Below are positions 8,847 through 22,423 of a stretch of 64,000 nucleotides of DNA, in pieces. The stretch covers positions 58 through 64,057 of the forward strand of contig DAIDHI010000080.1 of the NCBI GenBank assembly GCA_027452025.1. The letters run 5' to 3'. Under the pieces are notes generated by a model, which saw only the letters and a list, made by a program, of their open reading frames with translations, ran no database searches and was not told the origin of the DNA. A program made the translations under genes and the position numbers. This DNA is from Elusimicrobiota bacterium (lineage in GTDB: Bacteria > Elusimicrobiota > Elusimicrobia > UBA1565 > UBA9628). The first letter of the stretch is position 1. Every line of letters starts with the position of its first letter.

Positions 8847-11561
8847 CTATGCGCCTTTGCTCACCTTCTCGAGAGTCAGCCAGCGGTTGGTGCCCGCGAA
8901 CTTTTGGTGCATGCGCGTGCGCGGCTCGCCGTGGGGTGCTCCGAGCTCGGCCACCTGCAAGTCGGCCAGCGCCTCCAGGCCCTTCTTCTTGAACTCGCGC
9001 AGCGAGGCCTCGAGAGCCATGCCCACTGTGCGGAAGGCCAGCAGCGTCGAGAATTGCAGGACGTAGCCGAGACCGCCGAGCTCCTCGTTGGCGATGAGCC
9101 GGCCCTCTTGCTTGGCCTTGCCCCAATGCAGCGAGGGGGAGAGATTGAAGCCCAGCATCTGATCCGGGAAATACTTGTGCACGCCTTGGGCGAAGGCCCT
9201 CGGCCCGTCGATGCCGGTGTCGTTGAACTCGGCCCAAATGACGTCCACGCCCAGAGACGCCGCCTCCAGGGCCCGCGCGATCGCGTGGTCGACGCCCGGC
9301 CCGCGCCCCCCCGGCACGGCGCCGTCCACGGCGTCGGTGCGCGCGATCACGACGAGGTCCGTCTCCGTCGCCTGGGCGGCGGCCTTGACGGCGATGAGCT
9401 TCTCGATCCACTTGTGGGTAGGTACGAGCACCTTGTCTCGCTTGCTGCCGTGATGGGCGATGATGTGGCCGCACGTGCGCTCGGCCGGATCCTGGTCCTC
9501 GAGATGCACGCCGGCGGCGCCCGCGCGGATGAGCTCGCGCGCCAGCGTGAATGTCTGCGTCGGCCCGCCGAAGCCGGCCTCGATGTCGGCGAAGATCGGA
9601 GGCGCGGCCAGGACCTCGCCGTCGCGGTCGTAGAAGTGTCGGTCGCGCGTGCCCTCGATGCCGCGCAGGAGCTCCTGCACCAGCGAGACCATGGAATGTG
9701 AAGGATATATCCCGATGTCTGGATACATGTTGTGGGCGACGGCCAGCTGCCAGCCGCTGGCGTAGATCGCCTCGAAGCCGAGCTCGGTCAGCAGCGACGC
9801 CGTCACGGCGTCGTAGGCCCCCGCCGTGTGGAGGTAGGACTCCGCCGGATCGCTCCGCCGCCGGGCGAAGCGCGCCTTGAGCAGCGCCCTCAGCTTCTGC
9901 GCCGGATGCGTTTTTTCAAGCGGCGCATACATCTTCGCGAACTGCGCCGCGGGATAGGTCCACTTCTTGAAACCTTCGCTGGGAACGGCCGCCGTCTCGC
10001 TGATCATATCTTGGCTCCATTGGCTGGCGCGCTCATAGCGTCGCTCCAGCGCCTCTCTTTGTGCGCGCTCGCCGTTCTGGCGCTGCGCGCGCAGATCCTT
10101 GAAAATCTTCTTCAGCTCCTCGTCGAACCAGCCCGCGACGAGCTCGCGCGTGACGCGCTCTCCCTCCGCGGCCGCGACGGCGTGCCTGATGCGCTGCGCG
10201 ACCATCAGCCGGTAAATCCGGTCCGTCGCCAGATCCTCCATGAAGTTGCCGATGAGGTCGCCGTGCCGGTCGTAGCCTTTGATCATCCGAGCGCCGAGCC
10301 CCGAGAGCACGCCGAATCGATATTCGATCATGGTCCGGATCGCGTCCTTGGTCCCGGCGACGGTGATCGCCCCGATCCCGGTCGGCGCGGGAGTCAGATC
10401 GGGCTTGACCTCGGCGCGCGCGGGAAACGAATGGAGCTGGTTGGGGGCGGGGAATTGGGAAATGGCGGCCTCGTGTTGATCGGGATGCCCGGTCCAAGCC
10501 CCGTCGAAGCCGCAATCCGCTTCATTCTTCTTGTCCGCGGCCAGCCGCTCCATGGCTCGTCCGTTGACCGCGGCATCGCCGCGGTCGGGAAAGAGCGCCG
10601 TCATGCCCCCGATCGCCAGCGCCCCTCGCCGATGGCAGATCTCGACGAGCCGGCGGCGAACATTCTGAAAAAAAGGGATGTCGTGCGGAATCGTGTTACG
10701 GTCCGGCAGGATCCAGCCCGGGTCGGCGAGCTTGAACTCGAGGAGGCTGGCCATATAGTCCCAGCGGCCCAAATTGAGGCCGATCGCGTGTCGGCGAGCC
10801 TCGTAGAGGATCTCCTCGATCTGATAAGCTGCGGGCAGCGACTCGATAAGATACATGATTTTCGTCGTTCCCTCCGGCACGCCGATCGCCGCCTCCATCG
10901 CGGCCAGCGCGTCCGAAAACCACCGCGCCTCGGCGGCCGATTCCACTTTCGGGATGTAGAATCCGAGCTTAGCCTGCAGCCCCGGCGAGTGGACCGCCGC
11001 TTTACGCAGGTCCGCCGTCGGGAAAAAGACCGCGACCATGTCGAAGAGCGAGGCCGACACAATCTCTCCCGGGACGGCTCGCGTTTCGTCGAGATGCAGG
11101 CCGCGGGGGCGGTAATACATAGCCTGAGCGCTCGGCTTGACGCGGGCGGTCTTGCCCGTTTGGGGGTCGGCATAGGCGAGCGTGCCGCGAATGGCCAAGA
11201 CGGTGTTTTCTTGGGCCGTCCGCACGTGCTCCCACTCGGGCGAGATGGAGTCCTCTCCATCCGGCATGCATCCCGGATCGTCGGCGTTGCACATGCCGAC
11301 CAGGATCTTCGCGTTGTCGGCCGGACCGGTGATCTGATTGCGCTGGTCCTTGGCCCAGTCCGGCAGCCGGATCTTCCAGGCCCCGCTCGTCGCCTCCGAT
11401 TCCGGGAGGTAGTCGGGCATCCGTCCTGCGCGCGCGGACGCCAGGGCCGCGCGGCGCTGCTGCAACAGGGCCTGGCGCCTAGGCTCGAAGCGCCTGTGGA
11501 GAGGCAGCAGGAACCCGCGCAAGTCATCCGGAACAATCGCGACGCTTTGTGTCGTTTTCAT
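8847..11561 (-). CDS. bifunctional malate synthase (N-terminal, A-type) / isocitrate lyase (C-terminal) fusion
   Basis: aa 1-~520 align by eye to malate synthase A (RNQITGP, FYIPKVESAAEARWF, GLNLGRWDYMAS, GGMTALFP, DGAWTGHP). aa ~560-904 align to isocitrate lyase (ASGWQLA, ADIEAGFGG, VHLEDQ, TCGH catalytic Cys-His, VVIARTDA, GFNLSPS). It is a single uninterrupted 904-codon frame. Confidence 0.9.
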   Translation of the reverse strand: MKTTQSVAIVPDDLRGFLLPLHRRFEPRRQALLQQRRAALASARAGRMPDYLPESEATSGAWKIRLPDWAKDQRNQITGPADNAKILVGMCNADDPGCMPDGEDSISPEWEHVRTAQENTVLAIRGTLAYADPQTGKTARVKPSAQAMYYRPRGLHLDETRAVPGEIVSASLFDMVAVFFPTADLRKAAVHSPGLQAKLGFYIPKVESAAEARWFSDALAAMEAAIGVPEGTTKIMYLIESLPAAYQIEEILYEARRHAIGLNLGRWDYMASLLEFKLADPGWILPDRNTIPHDIPFFQNVRRRLVEICHRRGALAIGGMTALFPDRGDAAVNGRAMERLAADKKNEADCGFDGAWTGHPDQHEAAISQFPAPNQLHSFPARAEVKPDLTPAPTGIGAITVAGTKDAIRTMIEYRFGVLSGLGARMIKGYDRHGDLIGNFMEDLATDRIYRLMVAQRIRHAVAAAEGERVTRELVAGWFDEELKKIFKDLRAQRQNGERAQREALERRYERASQWSQDMISETAAVPSEGFKKWTYPAAQFAKMYAPLEKTHPAQKLRALLKARFARRRSDPAESYLHTAGAYDAVTASLLTELGFEAIYASGWQLAVAHNMYPDIGIYPSHSMVSLVQELLRGIEGTRDRHFYDRDGEVLAAPPIFADIEAGFGGPTQTFTLARELIRAGAAGVHLEDQDPAERTCGHIIAHHGSKRDKVLVPTHKWIEKLIAVKAAAQATETDLVVIARTDAVDGAVPGGRGPGVDHAIARALEAASLGVDVIWAEFNDTGIDGPRAFAQGVHKYFPDQMLGFNLSPSLHWGKAKQEGRLIANEELGGLGYVLQFSTLLAFRTVGMALEASLREFKKKGLEALADLQVAELGAPHGEPRTRMHQKFAGTNRWLTLEKVSKGA

Positions 11562-11637
11562 GGTCGCCTAGCGTAAGAAATACCGCCGCGGGACTCAACG
11601 GAGGATCGGATGCGGGAGAGTAAAAGTTTCTTGACGG

Positions 11638-12396
11638 CTAGATGGCGATGCGAAGGAGGTCGCGCGCCAGGCCGACCCGACGCCGACCGCGCACGAGGGC
11701 GCGCAGCTCGGCCTCCGAGCGTTCCGACAGGTGGGTCAGCAGCCCGCGCCGGCACGCGGACGCGCCAAGAGTCGCCAAGGCCAAGGGAGGCGTCAAATGC
11801 CCGGCCGCGGGCGAAAGAGAGGACAGGGTGCACTCGAGAAGGAAGAGATCGGCCTCGGCCGCGAAATCGGCCAATCCCGGATCGTAGCCGGCGTCTCCGG
11901 AATAAACAAAGCTCTTCCTCTTATACGAGAGCCGGTATGCCAGGGCCGGCGTCGGATGCGGGACCGAGCGCGCCGCGACGCGCCAGTCCGCGCCTCGCGC
12001 GTCGCGGCCGGCAGAGAGTTCCTCGACCTCAAGGCGGTAGCCCCGGGGCGACAGCCAGGGGCGATAGGCGCCGCGCAAATCGTGGAGGAATCGCGCGAAA
12101 TCCCGCGGGCCCCAGAGCCGCAGCCGCCGGCTCCTCGGGCGGGCCTCGTAGCGCAGGAAGAAGAGGAGCGCCGCCAAGTCCCCTACGTGGTCGGGGTGGC
12201 GATGCGAGATGAAGACGTCGGTCACGCGCGCCGGGTCCAGGCCCGCGCGCGCCATCTGCCGGACGGCGCCGAACCCTAGGTCGAAGAGCATGATCCGGCC
12301 GTCCAGCACGACGGCGTTGGCCGCGGCGTTGCGTACCGCAGCTTTCGGCCGCCGCGGCGCGAACGCGCTGCCTGATCCCAAGATGACCAATTCCAT
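11638..12396 (-). CDS. MBL-fold metallo-hydrolase (RNase Z/ElaC-like)
   Basis: MELVILGSGSA... and the HRHPDHVGD metal-binding motif. 252 aa. Confidence 0.75.
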   Translation of the reverse strand: MELVILGSGSAFAPRRPKAAVRNAAANAVVLDGRIMLFDLGFGAVRQMARAGLDPARVTDVFISHRHPDHVGDLAALLFFLRYEARPRSRRLRLWGPRDFARFLHDLRGAYRPWLSPRGYRLEVEELSAGRDARGADWRVAARSVPHPTPALAYRLSYKRKSFVYSGDAGYDPGLADFAAEADLFLLECTLSSLSPAAGHLTPPLALATLGASACRRGLLTHLSERSEAELRALVRGRRRVGLARDLLRIAI

Positions 12397-12417
12397 GGGA
12401 CAATGTTAGAATAACAA

Positions 12418-12476
12418 GGTGTCAGACTTTCACTTTTCACTTACCTTTAATAAGTGGAAAGTGAAAGTCTGACACC
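12418..12476. repeat. AT-rich 26-bp-stem palindromic hairpin element (GGTGTCAG...CTGACACC termini)
   Basis: Left arm GGTGTCAGACTTTCACTTTTCACTTA (12418-12443), 7-nt loop CCTTTAA, right arm TAAGTGGAAAGTGAAAGTCTGACACC (12451-12476). 25 Watson-Crick pairs plus one T.G. It lies between a divergent gene pair, 42 nt upstream of the acnA ATG. Confidence 0.85.
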
Positions 12477-12518
12477 GATCGGACCGGTCGCCGTTAAGTC
12501 GGCTCCAGGAGAAACTCC

Positions 12519-15269
<2,751 letters not shown>

Positions 15270-16738
15270 CCCAGGGGTCCTCCCGGATCTGGGCGTCCCG
15301 CTGCTCGATCTGAGCGTCGAGGCGTTCGCGCTCGTTGGCCGGCAGGAGCTCGTTTTCCTGGCGCCGGCGCGCGGCCCAGCGCCGCCACCGCGCCAAAAAG
15401 TCGTGCACGAGGCGCTGGCGCCAACGCGCGTGGAAGGCGGCCGCGAAGCGCGCCAGCCGCGCGTCCGTGGGCGAGGGCGGAACCTTCGGAGCCATGCCCA
15501 GATCTTGATAAGGCTCGACCAGGTCCGAGGCGAGCAATTCCCGACGGCGCTCGCAGGCCGAGACCAGGCGGCGCAGGGGCGCGTCCAGGATCAAGTCGGG
15601 CTGGACCTGCTCGAGGCGGACGTAGAAGCGGCATTGGCTGGCCTGGGCGTCGCGCTCGTCGTAAAACCGGTCGCCTCCGCCTCCGTCCAGGCGCCGGTCC
15701 AGGTGCTGCAGTTCGTGAAGCAGCACGCCCGCCAACTGCCCTGACGCGTATTCGACCCGGGTGCTGCCGTCGGGATAGCCGTAGCGCACGGGCTCGCCGC
15801 GGCGGCCCGGCAGAAGATGCCGCCGCTCGTCGAGCGGATTGACGGCGGCCAGGGGAACAGGACGGCCTTGAAGCCCGGCCCGAGCCAACTGCTTGGCCAG
15901 AACCTGGGCATTGACGGCCAGGCGCCCCTTGAGCATCGGCGTCTCGACGTAGCCGGGAGTGACGGTGATGATCCAGCCGTCTTGCGGCTGCGCGGGAGAA
16001 ACCGGCACGACGAGCCCGTAAGGCTGGCCGCGCGTGCCGTCCATGACCAAAAAGGTTTGGGTCCTTTTGAGGGCGGCCACCGCGGCCCACGCGTCCTCGG
16101 GGTCGGCCGCCTGGAGGACCAACCTCGCCAGCGAATCGAAGGGCGGGCGCAGTGGGGGCAAGTCGGCCGCGGTGGGGCGTCCGGGATGCGGCTGGCGCCA
16201 GGGCACGACGAACGGCTTGGGAGCTTCGGCCTCCTTGGGCGGGGCGGCTCCGGTGCTGACGGCCACCGCGGGCGTGCTCACGGCCACCGCGGCGGTGCTT
16301 TGGGCGATCTGCGCGGCCGCGGTCGGCGTGCTGACGCGGACCGCCGCAGCCTTCGCTTTGCGCGGCGGGATCTTGACCTTGGGCAGCGGCTGGCCTTGCG
16401 CCTCCCATGCGGTCTCGAGATAGCGCTCGCCCTCGGGCGTCAGGCAGAGCTTCTTGAGGTCCTCGACGGCGACCAGCTTGGCCGCCACCGCGGGGCCGAA
16501 GCGCGTCTGGCACCTCCTCCAAAAGGCCATCTCGGCGGCCTTGCGGATGTTTTCCGGAGCATGGCCGGCCTCGCAGTCCTCGTTCCAGAGCCTCTGGTCG
16601 ACCTGCCAGTCGTCGGCCAGATCCTTGGTGAAGGAAGCCTCGCACTTCTTGACGGCCTGGGTGGCGCAGCCGCTCAAGAGCAGCGCGCCGGCCGCGCAAA
16701 GGCCCAGCGCCCGGACGGCGCTGCGCGCGCCGGCGACC

Positions 16739-17887
16739 TTAGGCCCTCGAGCGAAACCGGGACAGTCGGAAGCGGTGGAGGTTGAGATCGGGCTTGCCTC
16801 CCATGATCATCTCCGCCATCGTCTTACCGACGAGCGGGGCGAACTTGAAGCCGTGGCCGGAAAAGCCCGCCGCCACGAAGCCGTTGGGCGCGTCGGGCAG
16901 GCGGTCCAGGATGAAGTCGTCGTCCTTGGTGTTGTCGTAATGGCAGACGGCGCCCTCGAACTCGGTGAAATCGGCGAGCTCGGGGATGTAGCGGCGGAAA
17001 AAAGCCCGGCATTTTTTCTCGAACGCCGGCGGAGCCTCGCGCGGCGAGCCCGGCTCCGGCTTGCCCGCAGGCCCCTTGCGATGATCGGCGACCTTGAGGA
17101 AGCCGTGGATATGCAGAGGGAAGCCATAGAAGCCGAGCGGCAGGGCCGCGAAGACCGGGAAATGCTCGGGCCGGTAGCGCCCGCGGTTGGCCGGCGGGCG
17201 CACGTAGAGCTGGAACTGCCGTGTCACCTTGATCGGCAGGCGGAAATCCTTAAGCAGCTCGGGAGTCCAGACGCCGCCGGCGAAGAGATAGGCGTCGCCG
17301 CGCCAGACCTTGCCCGTCGCGTCCTTGACGCCCTTGATGCCCGACTTCTTGTCGTGGAGCACGGCGGTGACGCGGGTCTGCGCCCGAAACTTAGCGCCCT
17401 TGCGCTGGGCCAGGGCGGCGTAAGCCGCCACGGCGCGCTGGGCCCAAATCATGCCGCCGTCCTTGTGGAACAAGCCGTACTTGATGGCGCGGGTGTTCAC
17501 CATCGGGTAATTGCGGCGCACCTCGTCCTTGCTCATCTTGACGACGGGCAGCTTCATCTCCTTGAGGACGTCGTAGCTCTGGTCCTCGTAGCCCTTCGTC
17601 TTCGTGGCCAGCTCGAGCATGCCGTTCTGGACGAGGATCTTGTCCTCCCACTCGGCGTTGAGACCCAGCCACAGCGGCAGCGCCTTGACCGCCATGTCGG
17701 TGTAGAAAGCGTCCTTGCCGTAGGTCAGGCGGAAGGCGCGCAGGTGGTCGCCGGAGGCCTGCCACTGATTGGGGACGTCGAACTGGTCGAGCAGGGTGAC
17801 CGCCCGGCCCTTTTGGGCCAGCCAGTAGGCGGCGGTCACGCCCACGATCCCGCCTCCGACGACGATGACGCCGTTGCTGTCGTTCAT
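16739..17887 (-). CDS. FAD-dependent oxidoreductase (DAO family; sarcosine/glycine-oxidase-like)
   Basis: N-terminal dinucleotide fold VIVVGGGIVGVTAAYWLAQKGRAVTLLD and C-terminal ...GFSGHGFKFAPLVG. ATG 17887 overlaps the upstream stop as ATGA. Confidence 0.8.
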   Translation of the reverse strand: MNDSNGVIVVGGGIVGVTAAYWLAQKGRAVTLLDQFDVPNQWQASGDHLRAFRLTYGKDAFYTDMAVKALPLWLGLNAEWEDKILVQNGMLELATKTKGYEDQSYDVLKEMKLPVVKMSKDEVRRNYPMVNTRAIKYGLFHKDGGMIWAQRAVAAYAALAQRKGAKFRAQTRVTAVLHDKKSGIKGVKDATGKVWRGDAYLFAGGVWTPELLKDFRLPIKVTRQFQLYVRPPANRGRYRPEHFPVFAALPLGFYGFPLHIHGFLKVADHRKGPAGKPEPGSPREAPPAFEKKCRAFFRRYIPELADFTEFEGAVCHYDNTKDDDFILDRLPDAPNGFVAAGFSGHGFKFAPLVGKTMAEMIMGGKPDLNLHRFRLSRFRSRA

Positions 17888-18282
17888 CTCAAAAATCGAG
17901 CTTCGATGCGCCTGAGGACTCCGTCGTAGCCGCCGGGCCCCGTCCGCAGCCATACGGCTCCTTCCTGCTCGGCGGCCCGGCCCAACCCGCCGTCCGCCGT
18001 CACGACCGTCACTCCCGCGCCGGAATACCGGCGGGCGCGCACGCGATCGAGGATCAGCGCGTCCGCCGGCTCCTCATGAGAGGCCCTCACACGCAGGTTC
18101 TCGGCCTCCCAGCGCCAGCCCCGCCTGGGGCCGTCGAAGAACAGCTCGACTTCCAACTGCCCTCCGGCCTCGGCGCAGATGCGCGAAAGAATCGTCACCA
18201 GGCGCTGCGCTTCCTCGTCTTCGTCCTGGGCATCCACCCCGCGCACGAGGTTGGTCCCATCCACACAATAAAGCCGCGACAT
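17884..18282 (-). CDS. NYN/PIN-like domain protein (YacP-like)
   Basis: 132 aa. MSRLYCVDGTNLVRG... and ...VTVVTADGGL resemble the YacP/NYN ribonuclease-like fold. Assignment is by pattern only. Confidence 0.5.
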   Translation of the reverse strand: MSRLYCVDGTNLVRGVDAQDEDEEAQRLVTILSRICAEAGGQLEVELFFDGPRRGWRWEAENLRVRASHEEPADALILDRVRARRYSGAGVTVVTADGGLGRAAEQEGAVWLRTGPGGYDGVLRRIEARFLR

Positions 18283-18380
18283 CGGATTATATCTTAAAGT
18301 CTAGCAAACCTGTGTTCATAGGACCGGGACCCAGGGGCCCTTGACACCCACGGCCGGGCTCTTTAAACTTTTCGCAGGCG

Positions 18381-20517
<2,137 letters not shown>

Positions 20518-20534
<17 letters not shown>

Positions 20535-20967
20535 GGATCGCCGCCCATTCGGCGGGCGCGACCGGCTGGACCGAGAGGCGAGAGCGCTTGAAGAGCGCCA
20601 TATTCTCGAGCTCGGGCATCCCGCGAAGCTCGTCTAAAGGGATCAGCCGCTTAAACCTGCGCCCGAAGCGCACGTCGACATGGAACCAGATGGGCGCGTC
20701 CATTTTGGCCTTGGGATCGAAATGGACGTCCTTGCGGTCGAATTGGGTCGCGTCGGGATAGGCCTCGCGCGCGACCTCGACGACGCCGGCGATGCCGGAA
20801 GGCTCGGCATTGGAATGGTAGAAGTAGGCCAGATCGCCCCTCTTCATCTCCTTCATGTAGTTGCGCGCCTGGTAGTTGCGCACGCCGCTCCAGCCCGTGA
20901 CCTTGTCGCGCGCGAGGTCGGCGATGGAGTAGGCCGACGGCTCCGACTTCATGAGCCAGTGGCGCAC
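20518..20967 (-). CDS. EVE (PUA-like) domain protein
   Basis: MRHWLMKSEPSAYSIADL...GVRNYQARNYMKEMKRGDLAYFYHS is the canonical EVE-domain N-terminus. Confidence 0.8.
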
Positions 20968-20968
20968 G

Positions 20969-22423
20969 TTATTTAGAGCCGTTGCTCTTGGGCCCGTAAG
21001 GATACCACCACGGCTTGGCCTTCTGCTCGAAGTCCCAGTGGACGTGCTTGGACTGCTGGAACTCCTCCAGGCCCTCTTCGCCGAGTTCCCGCGAGCCGCC
21101 GGTCGCCTTGTAGCCGCCGAAGGGACCGGCGTCGTTGTCGGTGAGCGGATCGTTGATCCAGATCGTGCCCGCCTGGACCTCCTCGAAGAACTTCTTGGCC
21201 TTGCGCGCGTCGTGCGTGTAGAGGTTGGCGCCGAGTCCGTAGATCGAGTCGTTGGCCAGCTTGATCGCGTCGTCGAAGTGCCGATAGGGCATGACGGGAC
21301 AGACCGGGCCGAAGGTCTCGTCGCGCATGACCGTCATCTTGTGGTCGACGTCGGCCAGCACGGTGGGCTCATAGAAGAAGCCCCGCGGCCGGTCCTTCGG
21401 CCGCTTGCCGCCGGCCAGGAGCTTGGCTCCCCTTTTGAGCGCGTCGCGCACGTGCTCCTCCACCTTCTCGCGGTAGACCCCGCCGATCATGGGCCCCACG
21501 TCGGTGGCCGGATCGAAGCCGTCGCCGAGCCGGAGGGACCTCGTGAAGTCGGCCAGCCTTTCCAGAAAGGGCTTATAGATATCCTTCTGGACGTAGACGC
21601 GCTCGGCCGACGTGCAGACCTGCCCGGTGTTGAGAAAAGAGGCCCAAGCCACGGCCTTGACGGCCACGTCGAGATCGGAGTCCTCGCAGACGACGAAGGC
21701 GTCCTTGCCGCCCAGCTCCAGGTGAGCCTTCTTGACCATGTCGGCGCAGATCCGCGAGATGCGCTTGCCGGTTTCCAGCGAGCCCGTGAAGGCGATGAGG
21801 GCGACGTCTGGATGCCGCACGATCGCCTCCCCCGCCGTCTCCCCCAGGCCGGTCACGATCTCGACGACGCCGGGAGGCAGGACGTCGAAGATCCTCTCGA
21901 AGGCGAGCGTCGAAAGCGGCGTCTGCTCGGCCGGCTTGAGCACGATGGTGTTTCCGGCGGCCAGCGCCGGAGCGAGCTTCCAGGCCATGAGCAGGATCGG
22001 GTAATTCCAGGGCACGATCGCGCCGACGACGCCGTAGGGCTCCTTGACGACGAGGTTGAGCTGCGAGGTCTCGATCGACGGGATCACGCGGCCGCGGCGG
22101 CCCCGCGCGAGCTCCGCGTAGAATTCAAAGCAGGAAGCCGACCAGCCCATCTCGTCCTTGTTCTCCCGAAAAGGCTTGCCGCCTTCCTGGGTGAGGACCT
22201 TGGCCAGGTCGTCGGCGCGGTCCTGGATGCGGCGGGCGATCTCGCGCAGCATCTGCGCCTTTTCGTGGGCCGGCGTCCGGCGCCAGCCGTCCCAGGCCTT
22301 CTTGGCGCGGGCGACGGCCTTGTGCACTTGCTCGGCCGGCATGTCGGGCACCTGGCCGATGATCTGCTCGGTGGCCGGATTGACGACGGATATGGCGGCG
22401 TTCTGGATTTTAGGCATGGTCAC
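20969..22423 (-). CDS. NAD(P)+-dependent aldehyde dehydrogenase
   Basis: ALDH blocks: VPWNYP, FTGSLETGK, ELGGKDAFVV, and the catalytic-Cys region FLNTGQVCTSAERVYV. 484 aa. Confidence 0.9.
   Translation of the reverse strand: MTMPKIQNAAISVVNPATEQIIGQVPDMPAEQVHKAVARAKKAWDGWRRTPAHEKAQMLREIARRIQDRADDLAKVLTQEGGKPFRENKDEMGWSASCFEFYAELARGRRGRVIPSIETSQLNLVVKEPYGVVGAIVPWNYPILLMAWKLAPALAAGNTIVLKPAEQTPLSTLAFERIFDVLPPGVVEIVTGLGETAGEAIVRHPDVALIAFTGSLETGKRISRICADMVKKAHLELGGKDAFVVCEDSDLDVAVKAVAWASFLNTGQVCTSAERVYVQKDIYKPFLERLADFTRSLRLGDGFDPATDVGPMIGGVYREKVEEHVRDALKRGAKLLAGGKRPKDRPRGFFYEPTVLADVDHKMTVMRDETFGPVCPVMPYRHFDDAIKLANDSIYGLGANLYTHDARKAKKFFEEVQAGTIWINDPLTDNDAGPFGGYKATGGSRELGEEGLEEFQQSKHVHWDFEQKAKPWWYPYGPKSNGSK

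Noticed and set aside
9732-11576. 614-aa plus-strand ORF
   Set aside because: Antisense to the malate synthase-isocitrate lyase fusion, with no motifs. GC-driven open frame.
12418-12476. Idea that the hairpin upstream of acnA is an IRE-like element bound by apo-aconitase
   Set aside because: IREs are short bulged stems with a CAGUGN loop. This is a 26-bp near-perfect stem with a CCTTTAA loop, and it has a sibling far from any aconitase gene.
16230-16330. Short tandem DNA repeats (ACGGCCACCGCGG units) as a possible VNTR or CRISPR-like feature
   Set aside because: There are only two to three imperfect units, in frame. They encode an Ala/Val/Ser/Thr/Pro linker (STPAVAVSTGA / STAAVAVSTPA) of the lipoprotein, so this is a low-complexity linker and not a repeat array.
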